Of a stretch of 64,000 nucleotides of DNA, positions 61,700 to 64,000 are shown one piece after another. The translations under genes and the position numbers were made by a program. This DNA comes from Camelus ferus. Taxonomy: Eukaryota. The notes beneath the pieces were generated by a model. The model worked only from the letters and a program-made list of their open reading frames with translations. It had not been told where the DNA came from and did not search any database. Positions within the stretch are counted from its first letter, which is position 1; each line of letters begins with the position of its first letter. The stretch is taken from contig NC_045697.1 in NCBI RefSeq assembly GCF_009834535.1, forward strand, positions 106,084,001-106,148,000, read 5' to 3'.

Positions 61700-62120
61700 C
61701 CAAATATCCGGGAGGAGATACTTAACACAAACTGGCCAATCAGGAATTTTTCTTCTGGAAGTTGTAGATCAGTTAGCTGTTGACGGCCAAGTTGGAGAGT
61801 CATGGGTATATATTCTGCCTGGCATTGCTGCTATGAAGAGCAACGTGTTACAGAGCAGAGGAAATGAGACTGCAACAGGAAGAAAAGAACAAATATGCAA
61901 AGAGAAACAGTGCTAAGAGGTCCTTGTGGTTCAGGAAAGAGCGGGAGAGAGGGCGAGTTGGCATTCCATAACCCATGATCCCATGTAGCGTGGCTCTACT
62001 GCCTGCAGCTGGCTTTCACATGCTTCCATTCTGTTCTTTAAATAAGAACTCTTTTTGCTTAAAAGCTCTTCTCATTAAAAACTGCCTTTAAAGATTTAGT
62101 TGAGAAAAAAATTTCATTAA
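61700..62120 (+). mobile_element. Old MaLR LTR (MLT1K/L-like)
   Basis: CACAAACTGGCCAATCAGGA...AATAAGAACTCTTTTTGCTTAA layout. Confidence 0.4.
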
Positions 62121-62149
62121 CATCAGATATGATACCAAACTGACTGTTT

Positions 62150-63113
62150 GCAATCACCACCTAGATGTTCACATCTCAAAATTCACATCTAAAACTGAAC
62201 TGAATTTCACCCAAAGCTGCTTCCTTCATGTTTCATCGTCTTCTTCAGCTCAGAAAATCCATCTTTTTTCAGTTGTTCAGGCTAAAACCACTAGACTTTG
62301 ACCACTTTTCTCTCACGTAACGGCATCCATTCCCATAGCATGTCCTGCTGGCTCTACCTTCTGAATATATTCAGAATCTCAATACTTCTCATCATCGCCA
62401 TTGTCCCCAGCCTCCTCCAAGTCATTATTCTCTGCTGCCTGGATTATTGCAATAGCTCTTAATAGTCCCTGCTTCTGCCTCTCTCCACCTCCCCATGCCC
62501 CTCACGTCTATTTTTACACAGCAGCCGAAGTAAATCATGTCACTCTTCTGACCAACACTCCATTAAGCTTCCCATTTCTCTCAGGCTAAAAGCCAAAAAC
62601 CTTATAATGACCCCTCCTCTTTAGCTCTGTAACCTCACCTCCAACTATTCACCTCCTCATTTATTTCCTTCCAGCTACACAGGCTCCCCTGCTGTCCTGA
62701 AACACTCCAGACACTCTCCTTTCAGGCTTTCTGCCTTTGCTGTTCCTTTTACGTCTTAGAATTTCTCCTCAGTTATCCCTTAGGCTCAATTCCCCACCAC
62801 TTTCAGGTGTTTGCTCAGATGGCACCTTCTAAATGCAGATTTTTCCTGGGCATTCCATTCAAATTGAAAAACCACCTACCCCCAAGACATCCTACCTACT
62901 TCTAGACCCTTTCTGCCATAGAGTTTACAAGCATATAACATAGTGTGTATTTCATTCATTTTGTTTATCTTGTTTCTCTCCGCTAGAATGTAAACTCTTT
63001 GCTGGCAGAAATGTTTGACTGTTTAGATCACAGCTGCAACCCCAGTGTGCCTAGAATGGTGTCTACTATATAGAAGATATTCAATAAACTCCTGAATAAA
63101 TGGATTAGTGAAT
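62150..63113 (+). mobile_element. L2a 3' region (about 1 kb)
   Basis: TCCTGCTGGCTCTACCTTCTGAATATATTCAGAATCT, CCTGGATTATTGCAATAGC, CTAGAATGTAAACTC, GTGCCTAGAATGGTGTCT, TCAATAAA...GAATAAATG. Confidence 0.9.
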
Positions 63114-64000
63114 TCAGATAATAAATAAAAATACTTGTCAGGGTGAAGTTGGGAAAATGGCTGAATTACACAAACTATTTGCCTCTACTACCCTAATTCA
63201 ATGGAATATTGCCAACTCTTTGTTTTGTTCTATTTTGATTCTGCATCTGTGTAGAGTTTGTTTCCAAAATTTGGGGATGTACAGTAATTTAGTCAGGGAA
63301 AAAGTTGTTTCCATGGGTGCCTGGTAAACTGATTACAATGAAATTGGCAGTGGGTCCTAGTTTTAATATGACACTGTGGCATATTATAATTCTAATTTCC
63401 ACTATGAAGTTTTTCTAGTGGCAGGATGGGTACTGTCCTAGGTCCATTTTTTTTTTTAACAGAACTTAGATAAAAAAGCTCATGTTGTATTTGGCATCTG
63501 ATCATTCATAGCAATCTTCTCAGATAAAAACACAATGTCAGTGAGAAGAAAGGAAAAATCTCCTGCAGTCTAGAAGGGAATAATCTCTTGCAAAACTGTC
63601 TCTGGATGCTAATGAACCAACAATAAGGGACCTATTATAGGATTGTTTTGAATGATATCGTTCACATTAAGTTCCAGTGATGCCAAAGGCAGAATCACCC
63701 TGAGGCTTGGACTCATCAGTTAGGACTATGACACATACTTAAGCTCATCAATATTAATAATGGTTGGTGCATCTAGTTTAGATCAGAATGTAAAAATGGA
63801 AATTTGAGTTTTATTTTTAGTCTTATTTTGACATTATTGACCATAAAAAAGGGGGAAATTACCTTGAGGCATCACTACCCTGAAATACACACAAACATGT
63901 ATCTTAAAGGGACAACATCAGCATTAAAACATATGTGGAGTCCTCTCCTCCCCATCCCCAGGCTGAAACAGTAACACTAATTGTGCTTGTTTGAATGTCT

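Noticed and set aside
1..64000. CRISPR array, operon or prokaryotic/viral defence-type system
   Set aside because: The sequence is mammalian, with no regularly spaced repeats and no intact long ORFs

Overview
This is AT-rich mammalian genomic DNA, most likely from a camelid (alpaca/llama/camel). That assignment rests on tRNA-derived SINEs of the camelid Vic-1 type and cetartiodactyl-type L1 3' ends. I recognise no protein-coding gene, rRNA, true tRNA or CRISPR array. The ORF track is mostly chance ORFs or decayed transposon frames. The window starts on a CpG-enriched shoulder (1-700) and is otherwise a mosaic of interspersed repeats: old and young L1, L2, MIR, an ERV-L provirus remnant, solo LTRs (MER21-, MLT1-, LTR33-, LTR78-, MER110-like and an unassigned ERV1-like LTR), DNA transposon fossils (MER2B, Zaphod, MER63), and a probable RTE/L4-type RT fossil. 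Between them lie repeat-poor islands that may be enhancers or lncRNA exons. The most notable items are atypical retrotransposition products visible in the sequence: an ORF1-only ('half') L1 with both termini, a tail-less L1 endonuclease-domain insertion with a perfect 15-bp TSD, a 5'-truncated SINE with a perfect 16-bp TSD, a twin-primed L1 and a templated insertion into a MIR. There is also a speculative plus-strand spliced transcript carrying a short basic ORF. I found no convincing novel multi-gene system. Repeat subfamily names come from recalled consensus similarity and need RepeatMasker/Dfam confirmation. Boundaries are approximate unless TSDs are quoted.
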